Source of the DNA: a virus
Lineage: Duplodnaviria; Caudoviricetes
Virus record (IMG/VR): IMGVR_UViG_3300021963_003887
Location: 1 to 64,000 of that record
Reading direction: 5' to 3' (one strand)
DNA: 64,000 nucleotides
Below, in pieces: positions 19,459 through 27,497 of the stretch (positions are counted from its first letter, which is position 1; each line of letters opens with the position of its first letter). The notes below the pieces were generated by a model. It made no database searches. It was not told the DNA's origin and saw nothing but the letters and a program-made list of their open reading frames with translations. Both the position numbers and the translations under genes were made by a program.

Positions 19459-22043
19459 TATGCTATTGTCATTTTATTATTTTCTATATAAGAAAGTTGA
19501 GATCTTGATAGATTAGTACGCTCTCTCATTAACAATTCTAATCTTGCAAAATTTACATCTATAGATTCCAACAATTCTCTAGTGGCTATATTGCCAGCAC
19601 CTGTCATAACATTATTCATTTGCTCAGGAGTCATAACAGCTTTTGTACCTTCTAACATAACATCTGTGGCTGATCCAAAATCTTTAAACAAACTACCATA
19701 AGTTCCTAAAGTTCCTGTACTCATACCTGGCTTTATTAACGATGTAGGATCAAATCTTACTCCGTTGCGTCTAGCTTCTAAATGTAGATGTCGACCTGTA
19801 GAAGTTCCTGCTCCCGGATCGCCCTTGCCGCCTCCTGATATTCCTATCTCTGTGCCAGCCGTTACTGTACCGCCATGTAGTTTTCTAGTAAATTGTTCTT
19901 GTGTGTCGTTTTGGTGTAAATGACCGTAAAGTAATTCAACACCGTCGGCACCTAAAATTTTTGCATAGTATCCGTAACCCGGTTCATGTCCGTATAAAAT
20001 TTTTCCGTCTATGCCGGCTCTTATTTTTGCTTTATCCGCCTTTACATCTAAACCTGGATGTGCAGTTTCACGCATCACGTTACCATTATCATCGCGATAT
20101 TGACGTATATTACCAAATTCGCTGTTTATTGATAAAGCTGCTCCTTTTCCTACGGGATTAAAAATAGCTAGTTTATCTTTTAATTCAGCAACTATTTTAT
20201 CTGAAGCAGCTATTACACCTTGATCTTTTTTACCGGTTTCGGTTATTGAGCTTGCCCTACCACTCTTATTTGGTACTGCTGCCCCTCTTTCTGATTGTGG
20301 TGTATATCTTTCTGGTAACTTTGGACGAAGTATATTTTGTCTCTGTTCGTGATCTTCTAGAGCTTTTGCTAATGCGTTATCTCTATCTACAGCAAAATCG
20401 CCCATCTTATCTTTATCAAACATGGTTTTAGCATGGTACATAAAATTAATGCCCATACGATCAAAGAAATATGTTACTTCGTTCCAGATAAAGTCTCTGC
20501 CGTTTTCATCTCCTAGATATTTGAAAAATGTTATCACATCAGGCAGATACTTTTCAACACTGTCTTTGATCCAGGTACCAAACTGTCTTACTTTACCCGG
20601 AAGATCTTGTCTTTCTAAAAATTTTCCTAGATCATCTAACAATGGATATAAAAACTCCATTAGCTGAAATTTTAAATCCTGCATCGCCATTTCAAAATCA
20701 TTTAGAAATTTAGTAATTGCGTCTCTAGCTTTTTGTTCTTCTCTGGCTTTCTTAAACATGTCGCGAAGATCTTTTTCAGTTAACTTAGACACATCTCCGT
20801 ATTTTACCAATTGATTTAGAATAGGATTTATAGCAGCGGTAAGAGATTTTGCATCTCCGTAACTGGCACCAGCAGCAGCTAATAGTCCTTCTAAACCAGA
20901 TGCTGATTTAGCAGATTTTAACATCACTGAAATAATATCATCTTCTATTCTACTAGACATCTTATCTACAGTAACATTGGTATCTAACGCAGTGTTAATA
21001 GAATCTTTCATAGCCCTAACTAATTGCGGTTGTAATACCATTAAGTTTCTAGCACCTTCATCGCCTGGCGGCATTTGAAGATACAATGATTTATACAGTT
21101 CAGCACCAGACTGGCCATACATAGCAGTGTAATTGGCTAATGTGTTAAGCAACTTAGTTCGTTCTTTTTCATCTAATTTTTGTAAAGCCATTTTAAACAC
21201 AACGTCTTTAGTTGCTACAGCCATTTCTTCTTCTAATTTTTTTACACTTTTTCCTGTCAATGAAGTCAATCTCATTATGTTGAGTTGAAACTTTTCATAA
21301 CTTTCTGCGACATCGTCATCTGAACGTTTATCTTTAAGTAATCCTCCGCCCATAATATCAATATAGCTAATCAATCCTTCATTAACATTCCTAGCATTCA
21401 TACCCATTTGTCTTAGAGTTTGTGTTGCTTTGCCGCCATCCCTATTCAGTAGTCTAGATATTTTACTAAATCTTTCAGCACCTTCAGTAACTGTTTTTCC
21501 TAGGTTCAGCATCACTGATGAGTTGCTAGAAATCATTTTCATATACGAATCAATATCCATAGCCGCAGCCGTTGCTGCTTTTGAAGCTCTAAGGATACTG
21601 TTACCAAATGTTGCTCCAGTTTGAGTGCCTGTTTTTAAACTGTCATTCCAATCTTCAAACACTTCAATGCTGTCACTGATTATTCCACCTAGTCCACCTA
21701 ACAGGCCCCCAACGATAGGCAATTTAGCAATAACTTGATCATTTAATGTTTTGGTATAAGAACTCATCTTGGTGTTGCCTGTTAGCAACATTGCTCCCAT
21801 ACTGCCCACGGCACCTATTACATTGCCAATCTGATTACCTAGACCGTTGGCTAATTTTGACATTACATCTAGATTTTTAGCTGGATTTTTTGCCTTGCCA
21901 GATCCGCCACCACCGCCACCGGAAGATTTAGATTCTGATTTAATTGCGGCCAGTAGTTCACGCATAGTAGCTTCGCTAGCTATGTTGTTTAGTACTGTAC
22001 CGTCTAGTTCTCCGCCTAGGATTTCTACTGTAGTTTTTGCCAT
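19458..22043 (-). CDS. Tape-measure-like protein, paralog A, with C-terminal M23 metallopeptidase
   Basis: 861-aa helical body. M23 motifs INSEFG.IR...HPGLD (HxxxD), GYGYY, LYGHL, G.SGG.G...STGRHLHLE (HxH), DPTSLI. Confidence 0.75.
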   Translation of the reverse strand: MAKTTVEILGGELDGTVLNNIASEATMRELLAAIKSESKSSGGGGGGSGKAKNPAKNLDVMSKLANGLGNQIGNVIGAVGSMGAMLLTGNTKMSSYTKTLNDQVIAKLPIVGGLLGGLGGIISDSIEVFEDWNDSLKTGTQTGATFGNSILRASKAATAAAMDIDSYMKMISSNSSVMLNLGKTVTEGAERFSKISRLLNRDGGKATQTLRQMGMNARNVNEGLISYIDIMGGGLLKDKRSDDDVAESYEKFQLNIMRLTSLTGKSVKKLEEEMAVATKDVVFKMALQKLDEKERTKLLNTLANYTAMYGQSGAELYKSLYLQMPPGDEGARNLMVLQPQLVRAMKDSINTALDTNVTVDKMSSRIEDDIISVMLKSAKSASGLEGLLAAAGASYGDAKSLTAAINPILNQLVKYGDVSKLTEKDLRDMFKKAREEQKARDAITKFLNDFEMAMQDLKFQLMEFLYPLLDDLGKFLERQDLPGKVRQFGTWIKDSVEKYLPDVITFFKYLGDENGRDFIWNEVTYFFDRMGINFMYHAKTMFDKDKMGDFAVDRDNALAKALEDHEQRQNILRPKLPERYTPQSERGAAVPNKSGRASSITETGKKDQGVIAASDKIVAELKDKLAIFNPVGKGAALSINSEFGNIRQYRDDNGNVMRETAHPGLDVKADKAKIRAGIDGKILYGHEPGYGYYAKILGADGVELLYGHLHQNDTQEQFTRKLHGGTVTAGTEIGISGGGKGDPGAGTSTGRHLHLEARRNGVRFDPTSLIKPGMSTGTLGTYGSLFKDFGSATDVMLEGTKAVMTPEQMNNVMTGAGNIATRELLESIDVNFARLELLMRERTNLSRSQLSYIENNKMTIA

Positions 22044-22081
22044 TTAAGTGTCCAGGATTATAATACCAGAAAATCTGCGTA

Positions 22082-22089
22082 TATAAATA
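22082..22089 (+). promoter_or_regulatory. Late promoter TATAAATA (rightward)
   Basis: Exact T4 late consensus, 31 nt before the ATG at 22121. Confidence 0.8.
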
Positions 22090-22101
22090 TCTTGCTACGT
22101 T

Positions 22102-22109
22102 TATTTATA
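22102..22109 (-). promoter_or_regulatory. Late promoter TATAAATA (leftward)
   Basis: Exact consensus on the minus strand, pointing to the tape-measure/portal operon. Confidence 0.8.
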
Positions 22110-22120
22110 GGTGGAAAAAC

Positions 22121-23014
22121 ATGCCAGATTTTGATCCAAGTAAGTTTCAGTCTCAACAAAATGCTGCTCCAGCAGTTAATCCTCTAGCGGCGTTTTTTAG
22201 ACAACCAAAGATCTATGTTTCTCTGCCGTCAAAAGGTGAATTTTATCCGGAAGGGTCGTTAAAAAAGACCACTAACAACGAATATCCTGTGTTCGCCATG
22301 ACGGCCAGGGATGAATTGTTATTTAAAACTCCAGACGCATTGATGAACGGAGTAGCAACTAGAGAAGTTATCAGCAGCTGCATCCCCAACATTTTAGATC
22401 CTTGGAAAATTCCAAGTCTCGATGTTGATGCTGTATTATCAGCAATTAGGATTGCTACATACGGCGAAGAGATGGAAGTTTCTGTTAGATGCCCCCAATG
22501 TGAAAATCTTAACGACTCTATGGTTGATCTACGTGATGTGTTAGATAGATTAAACAAAATTAATTTTGATACCAAAGTTGAAATTGGTTCAGACATGATT
22601 GTGTATCTGCGTCCTATGACTTACGAAGAAATTACTAAAACTGCTTTAAAGGCATTTGAGCATCAGCGAATTTTTCAAGTAATCAACGATGACACAATTG
22701 AAGAGCAAGAAAAATTAAGAATTTTCCAAGAAAGTTTTATTAAATTAACCGATTTAACCATAGACACTGCTGTAAACTGTATTACAAGGATTGAAAGTTC
22801 TGCGGGTATGACTGAGGATCCTGCGTTTATAAAAGAATTTTTACAAAAGACCGACAAGTCTGTGTTTGAACAGATTAACACAGCAGTAAGCAAGACTAGA
22901 GAAACTGGAAATCTTAGCAGCTTCCATAGCAAATGTCAAAAATGCGAGCATGAATGGGATGTTGAGCTTACTATGGACCAATCGGATTTTTTCGGCAACG
23001 GCTTTCGACGTTAA
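22121..23014 (+). CDS. gp26-like baseplate hub/tail assembly chaperone
   Basis: LPSKG.FY...V.AMTARDE, L...DVDAVL.AIRIATYGE.M...CPQC, second CQKC near the C-terminus, ending SDFF; divergent from the tape-measure genes. Confidence 0.75.
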   Translation: MPDFDPSKFQSQQNAAPAVNPLAAFFRQPKIYVSLPSKGEFYPEGSLKKTTNNEYPVFAMTARDELLFKTPDALMNGVATREVISSCIPNILDPWKIPSLDVDAVLSAIRIATYGEEMEVSVRCPQCENLNDSMVDLRDVLDRLNKINFDTKVEIGSDMIVYLRPMTYEEITKTALKAFEHQRIFQVINDDTIEEQEKLRIFQESFIKLTDLTIDTAVNCITRIESSAGMTEDPAFIKEFLQKTDKSVFEQINTAVSKTRETGNLSSFHSKCQKCEHEWDVELTMDQSDFFGNGFRR

Positions 23015-23046
23015 GTATCCCCGAGGTATTAGCCGAGTCGAAAGCC
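22987..23046 (+). other. Programmed -1 ribosomal frameshift signal
   Basis: In-frame T_TTT_TTC heptamer (22987-22993), a 6-nt spacer, then a perfect 10-bp stem GGCTTTCGAC/GTCGAAAGCC (23000-23009/23037-23046). The -1 frame is open to 23223. Confidence 0.75.
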
Positions 23047-23223
23047 CTTGATGAACAGGCAAAGCAGATCAAACTAGAAGCTATGCGTTCAGTTTGGTAT
23101 ATGCGTGGCGGATTGTCGTTTGCCGAAGCCATGAACCTCAGTTGGGACGAAAGAGAGTTAGTCCTTGAGATTGTCAAGGACAACATGGATATTACTAAGA
23201 GTTCTGGACTACCGTTCTTTTAA
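22990..23223 (+). CDS. gp51-like small assembly ORF, probably the -1 frameshift extension of 22121..23014 (alternative ATG at 23083)
   Basis: Not in the ORF track. Reads FRQRLSTLSIPEVLAESKALDEQAKQIKLEAMRSVWYMRGGLSFAEAMNLSWDERELVLEIVKDNMDITKSSGLPFF*. The S..E..NL...ER pattern resembles gp51/gpT-type domains. Confidence 0.7.
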   Translation, partial: FRQRLSTLSIPEVLAESKALDEQAKQIKLEAMRSVWYMRGGLSFAEAMNLSWDERELVLEIVKDNMDITKSSGLPFF

Positions 23224-24272
23224 CCAGCACGTACAGCTTTTAATAACTGAAGTGCCTTAGCAGTCTGAGCAGGATCCATCTTAACCAATTCTCCAAAAGC
23301 ATTAGACATCACATTCATTTGCTCTCTAGTTAATGGATTCCCAGCCATATAGCTAGTAACCGATTTTCTTAATTGATTAGCATCAATACCTGGAAGTAAT
23401 TCTGATAGTTTACCGTAGTTAAGACTGCCCTTGGTTTTAGTTGGCTCCTCGCCACCAGACATGCCCTGTTTAACTCCGCGAATGAATGATGATCCTATAC
23501 CGCTGCTACCATCATCATCACCGGCATCGCCGCCTGCTTTACTAATATCTTGGGCCGAAGCACCTTGACCACCGATAACCGCATCAAGTTGTTGTCCCAT
23601 TTTGGCTTTAAGGATATCAGTAACTGCTGCTTTGATAATACTATCTACAGTTGAATTCTTAAGTTCTACTTCGTCAATGATTGTTTCACTAACTGGGTTA
23701 TATCGTAATCCCGCTAATTGAGCGATGCGTGACAATTCACCAATTCCCTCAGCTGGTTTTTTCTTTTTTTCTTTAGGAGGAACTTCACTTGCTGCCGGTG
23801 CCTCTGGTTCAGCTGGAGTTTCTGGAGCAGCAGAATCAGCCGGTGCCTCAGGACTGCCAGGCTCAGCTGGAGTTTCTGGGGCAGCGTCGCTGTCCGGACC
23901 AGGAGGTACCTCTATAGTACCAGTGGGCTCAATTTTATCCGCTCCAAGTTCTTTGGCAATATCTCCGGTTGCTGCCCCACCTGACGCCATAGCTGCTTGT
24001 TTTAATGCTGCTTCAGCTCCTGCAGTAGGAAAACCATTTGATTTTAAAAAGGCAATTAACGCATCTGAATTAGGCTTTTGATCTGTTTGACCTAGATAAA
24101 AGTCAAATTGTTTTCTAAGACCGTTGGCGTATTTGGCCATGTCAAGAGCACCTTTAGCAGTACTACTTCCAAACTTAGAAGCAATACCTAGACCAGCCCT
24201 TTTTAACATACCTACAGGTGCTTCAGATACCTGTTGTTGTTGTTTTTGAGATAATATATCAGTGATTTTCAT
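23220..24272 (-). CDS. Hypothetical late protein, probable internal head protein with a Pro/Ala/Glu linker
   Basis: 350 aa with its own TATAAATA promoter; the RIAQLAGL motif resembles the gp22 C-terminus. Confidence 0.7.
   Translation of the reverse strand: MKITDILSQKQQQQVSEAPVGMLKRAGLGIASKFGSSTAKGALDMAKYANGLRKQFDFYLGQTDQKPNSDALIAFLKSNGFPTAGAEAALKQAAMASGGAATGDIAKELGADKIEPTGTIEVPPGPDSDAAPETPAEPGSPEAPADSAAPETPAEPEAPAASEVPPKEKKKKPAEGIGELSRIAQLAGLRYNPVSETIIDEVELKNSTVDSIIKAAVTDILKAKMGQQLDAVIGGQGASAQDISKAGGDAGDDDGSSGIGSSFIRGVKQGMSGGEEPTKTKGSLNYGKLSELLPGIDANQLRKSVTSYMAGNPLTREQMNVMSNAFGELVKMDPAQTAKALQLLKAVRAG
23794..23885. repeat. Coding direct repeat (AAPETPAEP x2)
   Basis: TCAGCTGGAGTTTCTGG at 23809 and 23863; GCCGGTGCCTC at 23794 and 23839. 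Confidence 0.8.
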
Positions 24273-24300
24273 TTAAAAGTGTCCTAAGAACTTATAGAGT

Positions 24301-24308
24301 TATTTATA
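24301..24308 (-). promoter_or_regulatory. Late promoter TATAAATA
   Basis: Exact consensus, 28 nt upstream of the ATG at 24272. Confidence 0.8.
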
Positions 24309-24315
24309 TGTTTAG

Positions 24316-24779
24316 GAGTGAGCGATGCTCACTCGTGTCTATCGCTAACGCTCAGACACATTTTTTTTAGAGTTAACTGCGAAGCAGTTTTAACTATTAT
24401 CCAGATTGTTTCAGTCAGACGGAACCTATCTACATGGTTCCGTCTTTGCTTGGGCATTATCCGAGTTGCAACAGCCAAGACATTGGAAGTAGGTGTTTTT
24501 ACCGTATGCTAATGGGCTCTGACCTTTCCCAACCTACGTCGACTCGCTTAATTTTAAGCGTCTTAGACCTCGTTCCTAGTGTCTAAGTTTTTATAGCACG
24601 GTTTTTCGTATGCTAACAATCATACTATAGCAATGCGTCGGGCATATGGTTCGAACCCTCTGACTCACTTCCGATTTTTCAGGATACTGGAATTCCTCCA
24701 GGGGAGTGCCTTACTATGTTTCGTGTGCCGTTTCTTACGCGGCCCTTTCACAGCGGTATTACAAACTGGCCCGCCAACC
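24316..24779 (-). ncRNA. Large structured non-coding element (candidate ncRNA; alternatively a DNA origin-type element)
   Basis: The only gene-free stretch over 150 bp in 64 kb. It holds at least 9 inverted repeats, long-range complementarity and internal direct repeats. Strand is inferred from the flanking operon. Confidence 0.6.
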
Positions 24780-25040
24780 TTAAGTGTTAGATGAAATGTA
24801 GCCTTTTGGTAACCAAGTAATAAATTTGCCTCCGCAACTATTACAGATTACTTTGCCTGCGTGTGGACCTGTCGGTTTATTGATGATTTCCCAATGATGA
24901 TCTTTGTGAACGCCTAAATGATCTTGTAGTTTTGCCCGCTGACTATGCCATTTTTGATCAAAACCTTGCTTTGGATTACGATAATAATCTGAATTTAACA
25001 CACTATTAACGGGGTTTCTATTCCAGTTTAGCTTGGTCAT
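24780..25040 (-). CDS. Small His/Cys-rich protein, putative zinc-binding
   Basis: 86 aa; HKDHHW...GPHAGKVICNSCGGKFITW. Confidence 0.65.
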   Translation of the reverse strand: MTKLNWNRNPVNSVLNSDYYRNPKQGFDQKWHSQRAKLQDHLGVHKDHHWEIINKPTGPHAGKVICNSCGGKFITWLPKGYISSNT

Positions 25041-25056
25041 TATTAAAAAATGGTTC

Positions 25057-25491
25057 TTATTTTGCCTTTTTATGTTCTTCTAGACGCTGTCTAAGTATGT
25101 TTGATCCGCCAACTCTGACGTTTATAATGCCATTATAATAGTCATCTGTTTCTAAAACTCTGCGTTCAAACTGCTCTCTAGCCTCTAGATATGACATTTC
25201 TGCCTTGGATTTACAGTAGTAAAGTATTTCTCTAGTGAAGTTTTCCGGACCTAATGCTTGGACGTCTGCGTTGAGCCTATCAGAAGAACCAAAGTAGTCA
25301 CGCCAATCGCTTTCTACTACTGATCTTCTTTTAAGTTTTTTGCCTTTAAGGGGTGGTTTAGTACGTTTGAATTGAGCTAATTTCTTGCCTATGTACTTCT
25401 GTCCGGTTTTGAGATTCGTGATGAGATAAACAAAGCCAATATAGCCTTCGGGAATTTCTTCTACGGGTTGATTTTGGTATGTCCACAGCAC
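25057..25491 (-). CDS. GIY-YIG endonuclease, catalytic domain only
   Basis: GFVYLITN...KYIGKK, YFGSS, FTREIL, YLEAREQ (catalytic Glu), YYNG; 144 aa; GTG start. Confidence 0.88.
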   Translation of the reverse strand: MLWTYQNQPVEEIPEGYIGFVYLITNLKTGQKYIGKKLAQFKRTKPPLKGKKLKRRSVVESDWRDYFGSSDRLNADVQALGPENFTREILYYCKSKAEMSYLEAREQFERRVLETDDYYNGIINVRVGGSNILRQRLEEHKKAK

Positions 25492-25722
25492 TCACTTAGT
25501 TATTTTTGGGGGTCTGCCTAACATGCCTTTTCTGGCTGCTTTACGTTGTTGCCTTTTTTCTTGTATTTCTACACGCCTAACACTTGCCTCGTTGCGTATT
25601 TCTGATAGCCAATATCTTGCCTTTATTCCTGCCTCGTCAGATCCTTTGTACTCAAAGCGGTCCTGCCACTTAAAGTACTCTTGGAATGCCTTGATCATAC
25701 GATCGTGAGCATCTGTGCTCAA
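25492..25722 (-). CDS. Small basic helical protein, resembling Hc1-like DNA-binding proteins
   Basis: 76 aa; EAGIKAR.WLSEI...A..RR.EIQ with a K/R-rich tail ending GRPPK. Confidence 0.5.
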   Translation of the reverse strand: MSTDAHDRMIKAFQEYFKWQDRFEYKGSDEAGIKARYWLSEIRNEASVRRVEIQEKRQQRKAARKGMLGRPPKITK

Positions 25723-27497
25723 GCTACGATCTCCACATCATTCGAATAACTGGTAAAACCGTTTTCTTTTATTACTTTTAGCACATGATTCACCCTGCTG
25801 GTTAGGTCGTCTCTATGCGATATTAAGAACACATTCTTATTGCGTTCACGTGTCATGCGTTTCAATACTGCGATAGAACTCTCAACACCGCTAGAATCCA
25901 TGCCGCTGTCTACTAATTCGTCAATGAACAACAGATTAATTGGCTGATATAGGTTTTCCCACACATCACGGAATGCCCAACTTAGACTTAATATCAGTCT
26001 ATTACGCTCTCCACGGCTCAAGTTATCAAAATCTAGGTCTTGTCCTAGCTGTGTAATGATCACTGATAGGTCGTTTTGGAATTCTACTATGTGTGGCAAG
26101 CCGATCTTGTCCAGATAATAAGTTAACCGCTGATTCAAGAACGCTAGATTTTGATCAATAATACGTTTGCGTACAAAACTGTCTTTGTTAGTCAACAATT
26201 TGTATAGAAACTCTTGATGATCCTTGAGTTTTGTTAACTCATTAACTGCTTCCCAGTCTATTTCTTGTACTGCGGTATTTTTTAAATCATCAATCTGTTC
26301 AGCATACGGATTGGTTTCTGCTTCTTTGATAGTGATATCTTTTTCTAAACCAGATAATGTGTTTTTATGATTTAGAGCTTCTTCGAGATTATCATAACTT
26401 ACCTGCGGACAAGCATTAAGTTCGCCTAGTAACACCAGTGCTTCTCTAAGGGTATCTAACTCTTTTTGGTGTTCATTAACAGAATTAGCACTATCTTCTA
26501 ATTGTTTGGTTTTAGTAGACACCATACTTTCATGTTTTTCGTCATGTAAGTCTTGTCCACAGCTATGACATTTATGATCGGCTAATAGACTTAATTCTTT
26601 TTCTAGTTTGTCTAGTGTTTTTTGTTCTTTTTCAAAAGTAGTAACCTGTTTTGCGATCATCGCAGTTAGATTATCGTGTTCTTTTTTGTTTTTGTTCCAC
26701 TCTATCAGAGCACGTTGGTTAATAATTTCCTGATCGATATCAATAGTACCTAATATATCGATACTTTTTCTAAGGTTCTCTAAAGCCTTTTCTTTTTGAT
26801 CTTCCCAGAGTTTTTGTTTACGTTCTAAACTTTCAATACTTTGTTGTATTTTTTCGTTAGAGATCTTAATAGTCTCTATCCTTGTGTTTTCTGTAGCAAT
26901 AGCATCTTTAGTCTGCTTGACTTGTTCTTTGAGATTTTCTGCTTTCTCGCTGAGCAGCGTGATACCTAAGAGCTGCTCAATAATTGATCGTTGATCAGCA
27001 GCCTTCATTGATAAGAATGGCTCGGTGTAGGTATTCAAAGCCACAAGGTGTTTGAACATTTCGTGCGTCATTCCAAACATTTCTTCGATGGCTTTTTGTG
27101 TCTCTCTAGAATCGCCTTGACTTTCGTCTAGATCATCTAGCTCTTGTTCTTGGCCGTTGACACTAAACTTTAATAAGTTAGGCTTACGTCCGCGTTCGAT
27201 ATGATACTCGATACCGTCTTTTTCGAAAGTCACGGTGGCTAACATTCCCTTGCCGTTGATTTTATTAACAAGGTTGTCTTTCTTAATATTGGTCAAAGCA
27301 TTGCCGTAGATAGCATAGCTCAGTCCGTTGATGATTGTAGTTTTACCAGTGCCGTTACGAGCACCGCTGTCATCACCACCTAGGTCTAAATTTTCACCTA
27401 ACACCAAAGTTAATTGCCCGCGGTCAAAATCAATAGCTTGGGTTTGATTCCCCACACTCATAAAATTTTTAACAGTAAGATTTTTTATTTTAATCAT
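25719..27497 (-). CDS. gp46: Recombination nuclease ATPase subunit (gp46/Rad50/SbcC)
   Basis: KNFMSVGN, Walker A NGTGKTT, zinc hook CHSCGQ, signature LSRGE, Walker B LLFIDE, ISH. Confidence 0.95.
   Translation of the reverse strand: MIKIKNLTVKNFMSVGNQTQAIDFDRGQLTLVLGENLDLGGDDSGARNGTGKTTIINGLSYAIYGNALTNIKKDNLVNKINGKGMLATVTFEKDGIEYHIERGRKPNLLKFSVNGQEQELDDLDESQGDSRETQKAIEEMFGMTHEMFKHLVALNTYTEPFLSMKAADQRSIIEQLLGITLLSEKAENLKEQVKQTKDAIATENTRIETIKISNEKIQQSIESLERKQKLWEDQKEKALENLRKSIDILGTIDIDQEIINQRALIEWNKNKKEHDNLTAMIAKQVTTFEKEQKTLDKLEKELSLLADHKCHSCGQDLHDEKHESMVSTKTKQLEDSANSVNEHQKELDTLREALVLLGELNACPQVSYDNLEEALNHKNTLSGLEKDITIKEAETNPYAEQIDDLKNTAVQEIDWEAVNELTKLKDHQEFLYKLLTNKDSFVRKRIIDQNLAFLNQRLTYYLDKIGLPHIVEFQNDLSVIITQLGQDLDFDNLSRGERNRLILSLSWAFRDVWENLYQPINLLFIDELVDSGMDSSGVESSIAVLKRMTRERNKNVFLISHRDDLTSRVNHVLKVIKENGFTSYSNDVEIVA

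Noticed and set aside
24318-24512. 64-aa plus-strand ORF in the structured region
   Set aside because: It runs through stacked hairpins, has atypical composition and opposes the flanking operon. An AGGAG overlaps the start rather than preceding it at SD distance.
24396-24616. CRISPR or TIGR-like array
   Set aside because: Each repeat has only two copies, with no regular repeat-spacer periodicity and no cas or Nop-domain gene in the window.
24640-24670. tRNA suggested by GGTTCGAACC
   Set aside because: No 5-bp T stem, acceptor stem or anticodon arm can be built on either strand.
24316-25491. Group I intron carrying the GIY-YIG gene
   Set aside because: No interrupted host gene is evident (flanking ORFs are complete and unrelated), and I could not find P7/J8-7 core motifs. 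A degenerate ribozyme cannot be excluded without cmscan.
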